Program-made: the position numbers and the translations under genes
NCBI GenBank assembly: GCA_015523125.1
Contig: WAKX01000040.1
Coordinates: 19,601 to 83,600, forward strand
Origin: DHVE2 group archaeon
GTDB taxonomy: Archaea; Thermoplasmatota; Thermoplasmata; Thermoplasmatales; Aciduliprofundaceae
Reading direction: 5' to 3'
Length of the DNA stretch: 64,000 bases
Notes under the pieces: model-generated
Told to the model about the DNA's origin: nothing
Databases searched by the model: none
Seen by the model: only the letters and a program-made list of their open reading frames with translations
In this document: positions 7,974 to 17,351 of the stretch, piece after piece
Layout of the letters: every line of letters starts with the position of its first letter
Position numbering within the stretch: the stretch's first letter is position 1

Positions 7974-9074
7974 ATGCAAAGAATGATATCAATCTTCATG
8001 GAGAATCCCTACGCTAAGATGCTCCGCCTCGTGCTCCTCTCGCCCATGGGTATTTTGGGCGCTGGATTTCTCACTCTCGGCGCGGCGGGCATTTTCCTAT
8101 ACGGCCTCCTCATCGCCTACAAACCATCCCTTGTTTACCAGTGGCAGAGCTGGGTCTATCCCCTCATATTCCTCTCTTTAGCGGCGATTTTCATCTATTT
8201 TTCCCTCTTCTCTCTCCAAAGGAATTCGCTGAAATTCTTGGAAGATGTACAAAGCGAGGAGGAAAAAATAAAGAAAGGAATAACAAAAAGCTTCGATAAT
8301 AGTTCGGAGTTCGGGCCAAACAATAGAGATATGGAAATCTTGAAAATAATAAAAGATTCCGGCGGGTACGTACCTGTTTTAAGGCAGCAGCTCATAGATT
8401 CTCCCTTCTCAATTGGGGACGGGGTAAAGAGCATCGCTAAGCTCTCTTTACTGGGATACCTGCGTATTCCAGAGGAAAAGGGAATGAAGATAACAATCAC
8501 CCCAAAGGGCTTAGATGCCATGGAATTGCCACCCATAACTTTTGCATCGCTGGTGCCCTGGGACATATCCCTGATGCTTATTCGGGCGAATATCCTTTAC
8601 CGCGAAGGAAACTACGAGAAGGCAATACTGGAAATTTACAATCTCTTAGAGAGGGCGTTTAAGGTGCACCTCATCCCAACGATTCCAGATTACCGCGAGA
8701 AGTGGAACGAAAGCATCGCTAAGAAAGTGGGAAACAACGAGAAGGATGTGAAATTATACTCCTGGAACGGCGAGAAGACCATCGCCTCCCTTAACGCTTT
8801 GTGGAATTTCTACAAAAAGAATGCCATGCTGGGCAGGAAATGGAGCGAGTTGGGAGACATGGAAATCAAGCAAATTGAGAAGGAAAAATCTCTCTTGAAT
8901 GAGAAGAAAATGGCAGATAAAATAGTCGATGTCGTCGCAGACACTCGCTCGCGGTACGCGCACAATAAACCCGGTGGGAAATACAAAAAAGATGCTTACA
9001 GAATAATAAAGCTGGCGGAAATTCTGATAGGGGTGCTGTTCGAGGATATGCAGAGAAAAATTATGAGCGAGTAA
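7974..9074 (+). CDS. Membrane-tethered protein: 2 N-terminal TM helices + winged-helix-like domain + C-terminal HEPN/DUF4145-like helical domain
   Basis: 366 aa. The hydrophobic N-terminus spans roughly 8000-8220. The wHTH-like segment MEILKIIKDSGGYVPVLRQ...LSLLGYL starts at 8331. The C-terminal helices carry R-x4-H (RSRYAH, 8946-8963). Confidence 0.55.
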   Translation: MQRMISIFMENPYAKMLRLVLLSPMGILGAGFLTLGAAGIFLYGLLIAYKPSLVYQWQSWVYPLIFLSLAAIFIYFSLFSLQRNSLKFLEDVQSEEEKIKKGITKSFDNSSEFGPNNRDMEILKIIKDSGGYVPVLRQQLIDSPFSIGDGVKSIAKLSLLGYLRIPEEKGMKITITPKGLDAMELPPITFASLVPWDISLMLIRANILYREGNYEKAILEIYNLLERAFKVHLIPTIPDYREKWNESIAKKVGNNEKDVKLYSWNGEKTIASLNALWNFYKKNAMLGRKWSELGDMEIKQIEKEKSLLNEKKMADKIVDVVADTRSRYAHNKPGGKYKKDAYRIIKLAEILIGVLFEDMQRKIMSE

Positions 9075-9080
9075 TTTTTA

Positions 9081-10601
9081 TCACTTCTCGTTTCCCATGG
9101 GCAGGAAGAACGAGACTGCGGCGCCAAGCAGCAGTATGGCCATTAGAAACAGCAAAGTGAGTCGCATGCTGTCAATGATCGCGGTGTTCACCACCCTCAC
9201 GATTATGTCGTGGTACTCCGGAGGAATAATTACCGTGCCCTGCTTCATTTTGAGGAGCCACTCAACCACAGCATCTCTGATCTCCTCCCTGCTCGCCCCC
9301 TCGAAAACGCCGGACGTGAATATCTGGTTCGTTATGCTCTCGATGATACCCGTTATCATAATAGCCCCCATTACTGCGGTTCCCAGGGAGTAACCAAGGT
9401 TGCGAAGGCTGCTGAACATGCCCGAAGCATCTGCCTGCTGCGATCTCTCGGCGGAGGACATGGCCATGTTCGTGAGCTCGGGCGCAACCATGCCAATGCC
9501 CATTCCGTAAATGGCGAGCCCTGGAGCCAGGGCGAGCCCGGTTATTCCCTCCTGAAACTCCGAGTACATGAGGTAAAATCCCGCGAAGGAGAGAATTATT
9601 CCGAGTTGAATGATCCTCTTGGGCGAGAGGTACTTCTCTATGTACCCGGTTGCCATGGAAAATACGAAGAGCATCAGGGACATGGGAAGGAGAACGAGCC
9701 CCGTTGAAATTGCATCGTACATCAGGTAGGTCTGGAGAAAAACGGGGATTATGAAGAGCAATCCTGCTATGCCCATCTGATACGTGAGGCTGATGATGTT
9801 CACTGAGACGAAGGTCTTTGACCTGAAGATGTTGATGTCGAACAGCAAATCCCCACCCCTGCGGGTCAGTCTCATTTCGTATATTGCGAAGAGAATAACG
9901 AAAAGGATGCCCACGAGGAAAAGTGTTATAACGGGTTCATCGCCAAGCGGATCCAATAGAAGTACTGAAAGGGTTATGAGGAATAGCCCGATGCCTATGA
10001 GGACCGAGCCCACCACGTCCAGCTTTATCCTCCGCTCAGGCCTGAAATCGGGCAGAATTTTCATATAGGCGAAAATGCCACCAGCTATGAACGCCTCCAT
10101 GAAAAATCCCAGACGCCACGTTATGTATGTGGTCAGCGCACCCCCGATTATGGGCCCGAGAGATGCGGCTACTCCGTTGATGGCACCCCACGACGAAAAT
10201 GCGTAGGCGCGAGCTTTTCCCTCGTAAGATTTGGTAATGTAGGTCACCGTTACCGGGAGGACCATCGCGCCTCCGATACCCTCCAGCACGGACCACCCGA
10301 GTATGAGCACCCAGAGGTTCGTGGCGAAGGTGGCCATCAACGTGCCCACGGTGTAAATTGCCAGCCCAACAACAAAGACCTTCTTTGTACCCCAAATATC
10401 CGCCAGCTTGGCTCCGGGTATCATGAAGGCGGCCATGACGAGGGAATAGAGGGTTATGGCTCCCTGAAGCCCCTCCACCGTCGTACCCAAATCTCTCACC
10501 AGAGCGCTCAGAGACACGCTCATCATGGTAGTATCGAGGGTTATGATGAATATCGCAGCGTTCATTAGATAAAGAACGCCCCACTTTCCGCCGGAGCCCA
10601 T
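9081..10601 (-). CDS. MFS transporter, 14-TM DHA2 (EmrB/QacA-like) type, paralog 1
   Basis: LADIWGTKKVF, the PIIGG motif, and about 14 hydrophobic helices. The ATG at 10601 is preferred, being preceded by AGGTG and a TATA-like element. The ORF has a GTG at 10652. Confidence 0.85.
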   Translation of the reverse strand: MGSGGKWGVLYLMNAAIFIITLDTTMMSVSLSALVRDLGTTVEGLQGAITLYSLVMAAFMIPGAKLADIWGTKKVFVVGLAIYTVGTLMATFATNLWVLILGWSVLEGIGGAMVLPVTVTYITKSYEGKARAYAFSSWGAINGVAASLGPIIGGALTTYITWRLGFFMEAFIAGGIFAYMKILPDFRPERRIKLDVVGSVLIGIGLFLITLSVLLLDPLGDEPVITLFLVGILFVILFAIYEMRLTRRGGDLLFDINIFRSKTFVSVNIISLTYQMGIAGLLFIIPVFLQTYLMYDAISTGLVLLPMSLMLFVFSMATGYIEKYLSPKRIIQLGIILSFAGFYLMYSEFQEGITGLALAPGLAIYGMGIGMVAPELTNMAMSSAERSQQADASGMFSSLRNLGYSLGTAVMGAIMITGIIESITNQIFTSGVFEGASREEIRDAVVEWLLKMKQGTVIIPPEYHDIIVRVVNTAIIDSMRLTLLFLMAILLLGAAVSFFLPMGNEK

Positions 10602-10656
10602 CTGCACACCTGCCCGGAGTATGCGCAGAATAATATAAATTGTTTTTCCCACATCC

Positions 10657-12192
10657 CTAACTTTCCGGACCGCTGGGAAGCCATATGGAAAGCACGGCGC
10701 CTATCACGAGGGATATCATCATGAAGATCATCGCCGACTGCATCGCATTAGCCAAAGCCACTCGGGTTATTTCCTCAACCTGCGGCAAATAATTGGGGGG
10801 GATTGAAATCTCACCCTGCTTCATGTGGATTAACCAATCAATCACTTTTTGCTTTATCTCCGCTTTGCTCGCATCCGGAAAATAATTGGATTCATATATC
10901 TTTCGGGTGACGTCGTTTATCATTCCAAGCACCAAAACTGCGCCAATGAACGCGGTTCCCAAACTCATGCCAAGCTGCTTCTGGGAGTTGAAGACCCCCG
11001 ATGCTTCCGCCTCCTCATCCGCCGATGCACCGGCCATTGCTAAATTGGTTATCTGCGAGAAAATCAATCCTAGACCCATTCCGTAAATGGCAAGCCCGAG
11101 GGCGAGGTCCCAGCCAGTGGCGGTTGGAGAGAATGCGAAGAATAACAAGAGCAAACCAATGAAGGCAAGTGCAATTCCTATTTGTATCGTTCTCTTAGCG
11201 CTCATGTACTTCAAGAATTTCTGGCCGTATATGGAAAAGAGGAACATCATAATGGATAGGGGAATCAGAGTTAATCCGGTGCTCATGGCATCATATCCAA
11301 CGACGTTCTGCAAGAACACGGGGAGAGTGAACATAAGTCCGGCGAGGGTTATCTGAAAGAATATGCTCACTAAATTTCCGACGACGAATGTTTTGGATTT
11401 GAATAATTTCAAATTGACCAAAGGATCTCTGCCTTTTTGCACCATGCTCCTCTCGTGGTACGCGAAGCCAAAGAGAGCTAGAACGCCCAATATTAATACG
11501 CCGATTACGGGCGCATCTCCTAATGGATCAATCATGAGAACTGAGAGTGTAATGAGGAATAATCCTGTTCCCACAAGCAATGCGCCGAGGACATCCAATT
11601 TTATTTTCTTCTCCGGCTGGTAATCTTTGAGAATGGACATCTTCGCAAACATACCCACTACGATTATCGCTTCCATCCCGAACCCCAGGCGCCATGTGAG
11701 GTACGTTGTGAACGCTCCGCCAATTATCGGCCCGAACGCAGCAGCGGCGCCGGCGATTGCACCCCAGACCGCGAATGCGAACGCTCTATCTTTCCCCTCA
11801 TAATCCTTTGTTATGTAAGTAACCGTTACCGGCATCATCATGGCCCCGCCTATACCCTCCAAAATCGACCAGCCAATTATGAGTATAATCAAATTGGGTG
11901 ATATTGTGGCGAGGGCAGTTCCAACGCCGTAAATGGCCAGCCCAACCATGAAAACCTTCTTGGTGCCCCAGATATCCGCCATCTTAGCCCCTACAATCAT
12001 GAATGCGGCCATCACGAGCGTGTAAAGGGCGATTGCGAGCTGGATTCCGCTCACCGTTGTGCCCAAATCGCGCACCAGTGCGGAGATGGAGACATTCATC
12101 ATGGTCATATCGATTGTCATGATGAACATCGCGAAGCTCATCATGTAGAGGACGCCCCACTTTCCCCTCTCTTCATCAGCCATGGATTTCAT
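10657..12192 (-). CDS. MFS transporter, DHA2 type, paralog 2 (tandem duplicate of the downstream gene)
   Basis: 511 aa. It is collinear with and highly similar to 9081-10601 (GKWGVLY...ALVRDLGTTV...ADIWGTKKVF...LEGIGGAM..PVTVTYITK). Confidence 0.88.
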   Translation of the reverse strand: MKSMADEERGKWGVLYMMSFAMFIMTIDMTMMNVSISALVRDLGTTVSGIQLAIALYTLVMAAFMIVGAKMADIWGTKKVFMVGLAIYGVGTALATISPNLIILIIGWSILEGIGGAMMMPVTVTYITKDYEGKDRAFAFAVWGAIAGAAAAFGPIIGGAFTTYLTWRLGFGMEAIIVVGMFAKMSILKDYQPEKKIKLDVLGALLVGTGLFLITLSVLMIDPLGDAPVIGVLILGVLALFGFAYHERSMVQKGRDPLVNLKLFKSKTFVVGNLVSIFFQITLAGLMFTLPVFLQNVVGYDAMSTGLTLIPLSIMMFLFSIYGQKFLKYMSAKRTIQIGIALAFIGLLLLFFAFSPTATGWDLALGLAIYGMGLGLIFSQITNLAMAGASADEEAEASGVFNSQKQLGMSLGTAFIGAVLVLGMINDVTRKIYESNYFPDASKAEIKQKVIDWLIHMKQGEISIPPNYLPQVEEITRVALANAMQSAMIFMMISLVIGAVLSIWLPSGPES

Positions 12193-12240
12193 AAGAGGGG
12201 CGGGGTATAAATAAATTTCCGGAGTTTTAATCTCGCGTTT

Positions 12241-13404
12241 CTATTTTGAGTGCATCTTCCGGGTAGCCGACCGTAGTATGATAAAAATAATTGCGGCACC
12301 ACAAATATTCAATAAAAATTTTAGGAAAAATGGTAGCTTGCAGGATATTTTAACCAAATATCCGCTCATAAACAAACCCAAAATGCTTACTGCTTTAATC
12401 GTTCCCGAGAAATATCCATACGCCTTTGTTCTACTCTTCTTAGAAAACCAGTCATTAATTAGAACGGGCGCTGCAACGGTATCTACCATATCAATTGTAT
12501 TCCACACAAGATAAGTTAAAAGGAGAATCATTAAGCTATTTGCTTCTGCAAAAACAAAAACCATAGTAGAAAGGGTTATCCACGAGATTATTAGGGCCCT
12601 GTATGGATTGATTTTATCAACTAAATAACCGGAAAAAAGGGAGCCAACTGCTATGGCGATCGTTGCGAGTGAAGAGAATATGCCATAAAATAACACTCCG
12701 AAACCCTTAGTTTCTAAAAATAAAGGAATGTACCAGTTAAATGCCGCTGAAGAAAAGGCATCTAAAGAATAGGCAATAAGCAAAAGTACAAAAGGTAACA
12801 TAAAAATGGAGCGCCCCATATTAAAAAATGTTAGCTGTGCGTTCTTCTTTGAATCTTTTTGAGTGCTCAATTTAAAAACCAATGGGATAACGGATACAAC
12901 GCCAACAAATCCAAAAACTAAGGAGAGATAAAATAAATTGGCATAATACAAATATGCGCCTATGGGTAATGCCGCAGCCGGAAATAGAGATGGTAAAAAC
13001 CTCTGAACAAACATATACGTTAAACCTCTCCTTTTATTTGTTTGTTCAACTACAAACATCGATTTTGCAGGTACAACTAGCCCACTTCCAAATGAACCTA
13101 TAACAAATCCAAACAGATAATAGGGAGTTAAGAACGTGAGTGGAGAAAGGGAAAATATGAGATACCCTATAACCATATCATATTTTTTGCCAACCCACTC
13201 TGAAAGAATTCCTCCAAAATATCTACCTACAGCATTCGCTACCCCTGCAAGTCCGAAAATTATACCAATCGCAATACCAGTTAAATGGGCACTTTTGAAA
13301 AAATAAGGCACATACATAATCCAGAGTGCGTTTGAAGACACGAAGATGGTATTCATCGTCGTAATTATTTTCAGATTTTTGTTTAGTAGCCCCATTTCCT
13401 TCAC
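12241..13404 (-). CDS. MFS transporter, 12-TM type (unrelated subfamily)
   Basis: 387 aa, very AT-rich and hydrophobic throughout, with an MFS-like loop motif GRYFGGILSEWVGKK. Confidence 0.7.
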   Translation of the reverse strand: MKEMGLLNKNLKIITTMNTIFVSSNALWIMYVPYFFKSAHLTGIAIGIIFGLAGVANAVGRYFGGILSEWVGKKYDMVIGYLIFSLSPLTFLTPYYLFGFVIGSFGSGLVVPAKSMFVVEQTNKRRGLTYMFVQRFLPSLFPAAALPIGAYLYYANLFYLSLVFGFVGVVSVIPLVFKLSTQKDSKKNAQLTFFNMGRSIFMLPFVLLLIAYSLDAFSSAAFNWYIPLFLETKGFGVLFYGIFSSLATIAIAVGSLFSGYLVDKINPYRALIISWITLSTMVFVFAEANSLMILLLTYLVWNTIDMVDTVAAPVLINDWFSKKSRTKAYGYFSGTIKAVSILGLFMSGYLVKISCKLPFFLKFLLNICGAAIIFIILRSATRKMHSK

Positions 13405-13506
13405 TAATTTATATTGTCGGCTTAAAATCCATATGTGTGTTGTTCATAAAAACTTTCCCGCGCGGGGCTGGGTAAATTATTTAACATCTTCCCGCCATAC
13501 TCCGCT

Positions 13507-14274
13507 ATGGCCATGAAGTTGATTATCGACATGGACGGCGTGATTTACCGCGGTTCAACCCCGCTGCCACATGCGAAGGAGTTCATCGAATTTTTGCAGG
13601 AGAATGGTGTGGAATTCGTGTTTGCGACGAACAATTCCACCAAAACCCGGGAGATGTTCTCCGAGAAGTTGGCGAGAATGGGAATAATTGTATCTCCCGA
13701 AAGAATAATAAGCTCATCGTACGCCACGGCGGAGTACCTCAAAAAGAGAGAAAAATATGGAAGGGCTATAATAGTGGGAGAGAAAGGAATTGAGGAGGAG
13801 ACAAAAAGAATAGGCTGGGAAGTTCTCTCACTCGATGATTGGAAACGCGCGACGCATGTTTTAGTGGGCATGGATCGCACGCTCACGTACGATAAATTGA
13901 AGGCGGGATGCTTGGCCATAAACAACGGAGCGAAATTCATCGCGACTAACGGAGATGTAAATTACCCATCGGAGGAGGGCTTAATTCCCGGCGCGGGGAG
14001 CATGGTTGCCGCTTTGGAGGCGGCCACGGGGAAAAAAGCGCTGGTGATTGGCAAGCCAAACGAGCCGTACATCGAAATAATAAGGGACAAATTGGGTGAG
14101 GGAGAGTACTGGGTCGTGGGCGATAGAGCGGACACGGATATGATTTTAGGAAAAAAGATAGGCGCGAAGAACGTTCTCTTATTAACTGGCGTGGCGCGGG
14201 AGCCCGCGGGCATGGAAGATTATGTTTTCAAAGATTTAGGTGAGTTCGTAGATTTTCTGAGGGAGCGCGTATGA
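13507..14274 (+). CDS. HAD-superfamily phosphatase, subfamily IIA (NagD-like)
   Basis: 255 aa. Motif I DMDGVIY, the FATNNS motif, and the C-terminal GKPN...GDRADTD. Confidence 0.88.
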   Translation: MAMKLIIDMDGVIYRGSTPLPHAKEFIEFLQENGVEFVFATNNSTKTREMFSEKLARMGIIVSPERIISSSYATAEYLKKREKYGRAIIVGEKGIEEETKRIGWEVLSLDDWKRATHVLVGMDRTLTYDKLKAGCLAINNGAKFIATNGDVNYPSEEGLIPGAGSMVAALEAATGKKALVIGKPNEPYIEIIRDKLGEGEYWVVGDRADTDMILGKKIGAKNVLLLTGVAREPAGMEDYVFKDLGEFVDFLRERV

Positions 14275-14882
14275 TTGAAGAAAAAATAAAAAAATTGGAA
14301 GGGGAAATAGGAGAAATAGTGGGGAAAAGAATCAAAGAATTCGAAGATGTGAGAAAGGAAAAAGAGGAGAGGATATTTCAAGAGCTGGCGTTCTGCATTC
14401 TCACCGCCAACTCCTCCGCGAGGATGGGGCTGAAGGCTCAGAGGGAAATAGGAGAAGGGTTCGTAACCTATCCCGAGGAGAAACTCAGGGAAGAGTTGAA
14501 GAGAATAGGCTATCGATTCTGGCGCGTGCGGGCGGGATACATTGTGGGTGCGAGGTGGCTCATTCCCGAGATAAAGAGGCTTTTCGATATGCCCGAGGAG
14601 GAAGCGAGAGAGTATTTGGTAAAGAACGTAAAAGGTCTCGGAATGAAGGAGGCTTCGCATTTCCTGCGCAACACGGGAGCTAAGAATCTTGCCATCGTGG
14701 ATAGGCACATAATACGCGTCTTAAGAGACGAGGGATTAATAGAAGAGCCAAAGACATTGACAAAAAAGAGATATCTGGAAATCGAAGAAAAAGAGAGAGA
14801 AATCTCTAACCGCATAGGCATGAATTTAGCGGAGCTGGACCTTTACCTGTGGTACATGAAAACGGGGGAAGTGCTGAAATAA
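14271..14882 (+). CDS. ogg: 8-oxoguanine DNA glycosylase/AP lyase, archaeal Ogg2 type (HhH-GPD)
   Basis: 203 aa. FCILTANSSA..., the HhH motif GLGMKEASHFLRNTG, and the catalytic D in AIVDRH. There is an ATGA overlap with the HAD gene. Confidence 0.85.
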   Translation: MIEEKIKKLEGEIGEIVGKRIKEFEDVRKEKEERIFQELAFCILTANSSARMGLKAQREIGEGFVTYPEEKLREELKRIGYRFWRVRAGYIVGARWLIPEIKRLFDMPEEEAREYLVKNVKGLGMKEASHFLRNTGAKNLAIVDRHIIRVLRDEGLIEEPKTLTKKRYLEIEEKEREISNRIGMNLAELDLYLWYMKTGEVLK

Positions 14883-15341
14883 TTAATCCAACAGAATCAA
14901 TCCGTAGAGAACGGGCTCGTGGTAATTCAATTTCACAATGGAGCTAATTTCTATCCCGATGGCATCTATAGATGGCCTAACTTTTGTAGGCATTTTACAC
15001 ACACCTTCGGTTTCGTATGTGCATTCTTCGCAGAGATTGCACACTCCTGGGAAGAGTGATAGCACATAAGGATACTCTCTAAACATTTTCTTTTCTTTTT
15101 CAAGTAAATACAATAAAACCTTCCTCTTTTCTTCCTCAAAGTGCTCCATATCTATTTCAAATTTCAAAAGCAATGCGCGAGTGTAGTTTGATACGAGTTC
15201 TCGAGCTTCCTTCCATGGTGGTACATACGGAGGGCAAGATGGCCTCTTTCCGTAAAACTCGCATGTTCTGCATTTCCACACTGGACGGGGTGTAACTCGA
15301 ATTTCTCTTGTGTCTATTATTTTCTCTTCCAACACCTTCAC
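14883..15341 (-). CDS. Cys-rich predicted metal-binding protein (DUF2284-like)
   Basis: 152 aa with cysteine clusters CRTCEFYGKRPSCPP and CNLCEECTYETEGVC. Confidence 0.65.
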   Translation of the reverse strand: MKVLEEKIIDTREIRVTPRPVWKCRTCEFYGKRPSCPPYVPPWKEARELVSNYTRALLLKFEIDMEHFEEEKRKVLLYLLEKEKKMFREYPYVLSLFPGVCNLCEECTYETEGVCKMPTKVRPSIDAIGIEISSIVKLNYHEPVLYGLILLD

Positions 15342-15433
15342 AATCCTATACTCGAGGGGAAATATTAAAAATTATCGTTCAGGAAAATTTGCGAAAAGAT
15401 GAATATTTTATACTATTATTCCCATGTACACTT

Positions 15434-16195
15434 ATGATTTCCCTCCTGTTCCTCACCATTATTATTCTCGTGGCGTTCATTCCCTCGTTGATATACGTGG
15501 TAATGGTCCGCAACACGGAGAGATATCGAAGGGAACCATGGCGGGCGGTGATGAAATCCTTCTTCTGGGGCGCCACCTTCGCAATTATTATTTCTCTTAT
15601 AATAGAAATAGCCCTCACCTATTTTTACTCCCAATCCATCGATCTTTTAAGGGGATATGAGTTCATAGCGAGGCACAAGGATAGCATAGACGCGATAATT
15701 TTGGCAGGGATCATAGCGCCATTCGTGGAGGAGGGAGCGAAGGCATACGGAGTGATAACATCGAAAAGATACATTGACGAAGTTGAGGATGGTTTCATAT
15801 ACGGTTCCTCCTCGGGCTTCGGATTCGCCGCAACCGAGAATCTTCTCTACGAAATCTCAGCTCTTCTCTCCGGCGGGATAATCGCGTGGGCCATGGTTGC
15901 GTTCATAAGATCAATTGCGTCCGCTTTACTCCATGGAAGCGCAACCGCCATGACGGGCTTCGGCTATTCATACAAGCACATAGCTGGAAAAGGAAGCATG
16001 CTCCATGGATACGGAGTGGCGGTGGCCATGCACTCTTCTTTCAACATAATCGCTTCCATTCCGATAATTCTCGCGGGGGAAAACAACCCATTAATTTATC
16101 TGGTTCCACTGCTAATCGCCGTGGTCTACGGAATTTCGGCGTTCAAATACATCCGCGGGAAAATCAGATACTTCGATAAACGCTCTCGGCCGTGA
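15434..16195 (+). CDS. PrsW-family intramembrane metalloprotease
   Basis: Polytopic. It carries the EEGAK motif and the downstream HGSATAMTG / HSSFN motifs. The ATG at 15434 avoids overlap with the convergently placed 14883-15341 gene. The ORF extends to 15308. Confidence 0.75.
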   Translation: MISLLFLTIIILVAFIPSLIYVVMVRNTERYRREPWRAVMKSFFWGATFAIIISLIIEIALTYFYSQSIDLLRGYEFIARHKDSIDAIILAGIIAPFVEEGAKAYGVITSKRYIDEVEDGFIYGSSSGFGFAATENLLYEISALLSGGIIAWAMVAFIRSIASALLHGSATAMTGFGYSYKHIAGKGSMLHGYGVAVAMHSSFNIIASIPIILAGENNPLIYLVPLLIAVVYGISAFKYIRGKIRYFDKRSRP

Positions 16196-16424
16196 TCACA
16201 CACGATAAGAAATCATCTAAGGTTCTAAGCATTGTGGAGATTTCATCCGCTTTGGAAACGCATATTATTCTTTTTCCCTCCCTTTCACATGTGATGTAGG
16301 AATAGTTATCCACATCTATGGCTCGAAGTATTCTGTCCGCCAGTTCCTCGCTTTCATACTCAAGAATGAGCTTTGAGCTTATCCCAGATAGATTTCCCTT
16401 CCCATTCTCCGCGAGTACATCCAC
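16164..16424 (-). CDS. pcc1: KEOPS complex subunit Pcc1
   Basis: About 80 aa. The pattern LILEYESEELADRILRAIDVD...EGKRIICVSKADEISTMLRTLDDFLSCV parallels archaeal Pcc1. The start is uncertain, since the ATG at 16424 overlaps the upstream gene by 46 nt. Confidence 0.7.
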   Translation of the reverse strand: MDVLAENGKGNLSGISSKLILEYESEELADRILRAIDVDNYSYITCEREGKRIICVSKADEISTMLRTLDDFLSCVITAESVYRSI

Positions 16425-17341
16425 TCTTCATCACCTTCCATCTCAAATTCTTTGAGCGATAGATCCAGCATGTCGGCGTAGAACAAAATATACGCTTCCC
16501 TCGTTCTTATCCTCTGGGGCACGTTGTCCACGATGGGTGAATGATGCGCTATTATCGCATGCAGAAGTTTATCGCGCATATCCGAGGGAAAATCGATTAT
16601 TTCCCTTATTTTCTCCTCAACCATGTTGTAGGAAATAACAGTATGGCCGAGGAGTTTGGCCCGGGGCTTCATCTTAATTGCGGTATCAACTTCGTAAGAA
16701 TCTATTCTGCCAACATCGTGCAGAAGCGCGGCGGTCACCAAGAAATCTCTGTCCAAAGAATAAATATTCGCAAGGGCTTCGCATGCCATCGTTACATTGA
16801 GGGTGTGCTCCGCTAATCCCCCCAAATACCCGTAAGGCCCGGAAATCGCAGCGGGGGAAGTTTTGAATTCTTCCACGAATCTTCCTGAGGAGAAAAAGAG
16901 ATCCAAAAGTTTTGCGAGATGCACCTCTTTCACAGATTCCACGTAGCCCATTATTTTCTTCATTATCTCTTCCAATTTATTACTGGATTCGATGAACCGA
17001 GAGCGGTCGAAATTCTCTATTTTCTTTAGGGAGTCGTACTCTCCGTCCACGGATATGTAAGGAGAGTCATCTTTCTCATAGGTGCCTTCCACTTCTATCA
17101 CGTCTCCCTCGTTCAGCTCTTCGTACAATTTTTCCGTGTTTTCCACATCTCTGCCCCAGTACTTCACAATCACGCTCCCCGTTTTGTCTCCCGCTTCCAA
17201 AACGAAGAATTTTCCGAATTTTTTTCGGTAGTCGCGAATCCCATACTTTCTCCTGATTACAAGCTGAAGGTGCACGTACTCGTTATCTTTCAAATCTTTC
17301 ACGTATTTCTCCCCTTCTTCCATGGGTGAGGATATGCACAC
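16379..17341 (-). CDS. OB-fold + HD-domain phosphohydrolase (YhaM/Cbf1-like putative 3'-5' nuclease)
   Basis: N-terminal OB-like beta region (FVLEAGDKTGSVIVKYWG...GDVIEVEG), and an HD domain (EHTLNV...LLHDVGR...HH). There is a GTG at 17341 and an alternative ATG at 17323. Confidence 0.75.
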   Translation of the reverse strand: MCISSPMEEGEKYVKDLKDNEYVHLQLVIRRKYGIRDYRKKFGKFFVLEAGDKTGSVIVKYWGRDVENTEKLYEELNEGDVIEVEGTYEKDDSPYISVDGEYDSLKKIENFDRSRFIESSNKLEEIMKKIMGYVESVKEVHLAKLLDLFFSSGRFVEEFKTSPAAISGPYGYLGGLAEHTLNVTMACEALANIYSLDRDFLVTAALLHDVGRIDSYEVDTAIKMKPRAKLLGHTVISYNMVEEKIREIIDFPSDMRDKLLHAIIAHHSPIVDNVPQRIRTREAYILFYADMLDLSLKEFEMEGDEEWMYSRRMGREIYLG

Positions 17342-17351
17342 ATGGAATATT

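Noticed and set aside
9210-10584. 165-aa (plus) and 182-aa (minus, alternate frame) ORFs inside the first DHA2 MFS gene
   Set aside because: - The translations are Arg/Gly/His/Pro-rich, typical of off-frame reading of a GC-richer membrane-protein gene.
- The in-frame MFS product aligns along its whole length with its paralog.
15308-15433. Upstream extension of the PrsW-like ORF
   Set aside because: It overlaps the 5' end of the oppositely oriented DUF2284-like gene. The first TM helix begins right after the internal ATG at 15434.
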